Assembly (NCBI GenBank): GCA_040143965.1
Contig: JASJQH010000075.1
Coordinates: 1 to 33,447 of the forward strand
Reading direction: 5' to 3'
Length of the DNA: 33,447 nt
From: Basidiobolus ranarum
Lineage: Eukaryota
In this document: piece by piece, positions 32,112 to 33,447 of the stretch
Position numbering within the stretch: position 1 is the stretch's first letter
How the letters are laid out: each line of letters starts with the position of its first letter
Position numbers and translations under genes: made by a program
Notes under the pieces: generated by a model
Told to the model about the DNA's origin: nothing
Database searches by the model: none
What the model saw: only the letters and a program-made list of their open reading frames with translations

Positions 32112-33447
32112 GAATTATATATCTTTAAATTTGGAATTTCTCTATTTATTTTACTTTTTCCTCATCAGGCACTTCAAGATATCTAGACATATAACTACTT
32201 GAACCCTGGTAATATCTTTTCTACTCTGTCCCAATATTTATCAAGATACCTAGCTATGTAGAATGGCCTCCAAGGTTTCTTCGTAGCCAATTTTCCTTAT
32301 GGTTAAATAGATATGGCCATAGAATAAGCTGAGATTAACCATAACCATGTTATAAAATAAGAAACATCTTATTGCTATTTTTATTTCATGTAATATTAGA
32401 TAAATTCATTGTTAGCTTTTACAAGAGCTTACTAACATCTCTACTTACCCTCCTTGTGATTCTGTGATTTTTTTTATACATTAGCTAGTGTAGGGAGTTT
32501 TCCTTTAGAAATATTTTGATTATTTAACACCTAAATAATTGCTCCACCATTTGCAGATCCTTGACAAATAATGTTGCTATTCAAGTGCACATAATGTAGT
32601 AAGGGATATTACCCAGTCCCCCCTCTTACATGTTGAAATTAGCATTGCCTAAGCACCTGTATAGTTACATATAGCTTGGTACTTAGTTATCTTATATTTC
32701 ACTAAGATATTATCCATTATTCTCATGAGGAATTTACTTGGAATATTGACACCAACTTAGAAGTTCTCAGATATATAGACTTTTCAAACTTGTGCTAGAA
32801 GCCCCAAACTTTGCACACATGTTCCTAGAGCCTTCCTTAGCACATTCTACATGTTAGTCTGTTTACATGTTGACAAAACTATAAATGTCAACTGAATACT
32901 CAATAAATCAATAAGTGAAATCCACCAATATCTCTAATTCTCCAAACCGCTTCCAACAGGCTCCCAAATACTTTAACATTACACAGGTTAAAAAAGCTGC
33001 ATTAATATACCATAGAAGTGTTGGTTTTAGGCTATACCAAAAAAGAGATATCTAAGCATGATTATTACAGATCATATCCTGCTATATTACTCACTTGGTA
33101 TATAGTACAGCTTACTGAGACCACACCTTTTTGAAAATATCTTCAGAACCAATACTTTTCCATTAACTACACAAATACGCTTTACACCCCATTCAAGTAA
33201 GGCTCAAGTAATAAAATCAGGAATGAGATTCAATAACAAATATGATGTTATCAATACTCCAATTCCATACAAACAGTGAATCAACTTTACTAAACAATGA
33301 GGTTGTTCAGTGCAGAATCTCAGTACTGTTAGAGTAGGAGATATTAGTAGTGCAGATCCTGATCATGTAATGGTAGAGAGTTAGTTTGCTAGACAGCTAG
33401 GCTTGGTGTTCCTTCACTGCTAGGTATACTAGCCTAATACAGCATAT
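32112..33447. other. CpG-depleted region without long ORFs; possible decayed transposon or pseudogene
   Basis: I count only 3 CG dinucleotides (about 32282, 32946, 33178) in 1.3 kb. No ORF of 60 aa or more and no recognisable TE motif. Confidence 0.4.

Noticed and set aside
1-33447. tRNA, rRNA, snRNA or riboswitch genes
   Set aside because: No T-loop/cloverleaf, U6, 5S or TPP aptamer consensus spotted by eye; tRNAscan-SE and Infernal would be needed to exclude them.

Overview
AT-rich, intron-rich eukaryotic DNA with short GT-AG introns (about 55-125 nt) and CTAAC/CTAAT branch sites. It is most likely from an early-diverging (non-Dikarya) fungus, inferred from VMP1, GH89 and the RBR subtype; a Basidiobolus/Mucoromycota-like source is a guess. 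Genes in order: 3' end of an S8 subtilisin, Sec7-PH Arf-GEF (-), 14-3-3 (+), LAG1-type ceramide synthase (+), VMP1 (-), 2-oxoglutarate dehydrogenase E1 (+), an atypical RBR E3 ligase (-), a GPI-anchored 8-Cys protein (-), a 74-aa microprotein (+), an HMG-box factor (+), bleomycin hydrolase (+), a secreted alpha-carbonic anhydrase (+) and a GH89 alpha-N-acetylglucosaminidase (-), followed by a CpG-depleted tail. Best leads: (1) the microprotein has a PKA pseudosubstrate-type motif (KRRGGI) and lies next to the HMG gene; (2) the GH89 catalytic Glu is replaced by Asp; (3) the RBR has an N-terminal hydrophobic anchor, a split IBR and an altered catalytic motif; (4) a hidden KxKxx terminal exon of the ceramide synthase follows a non-GT donor; (5) telomere-type CTAACCCTA motifs recur between genes. 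Exon boundaries were read by hand and no database searches were run.
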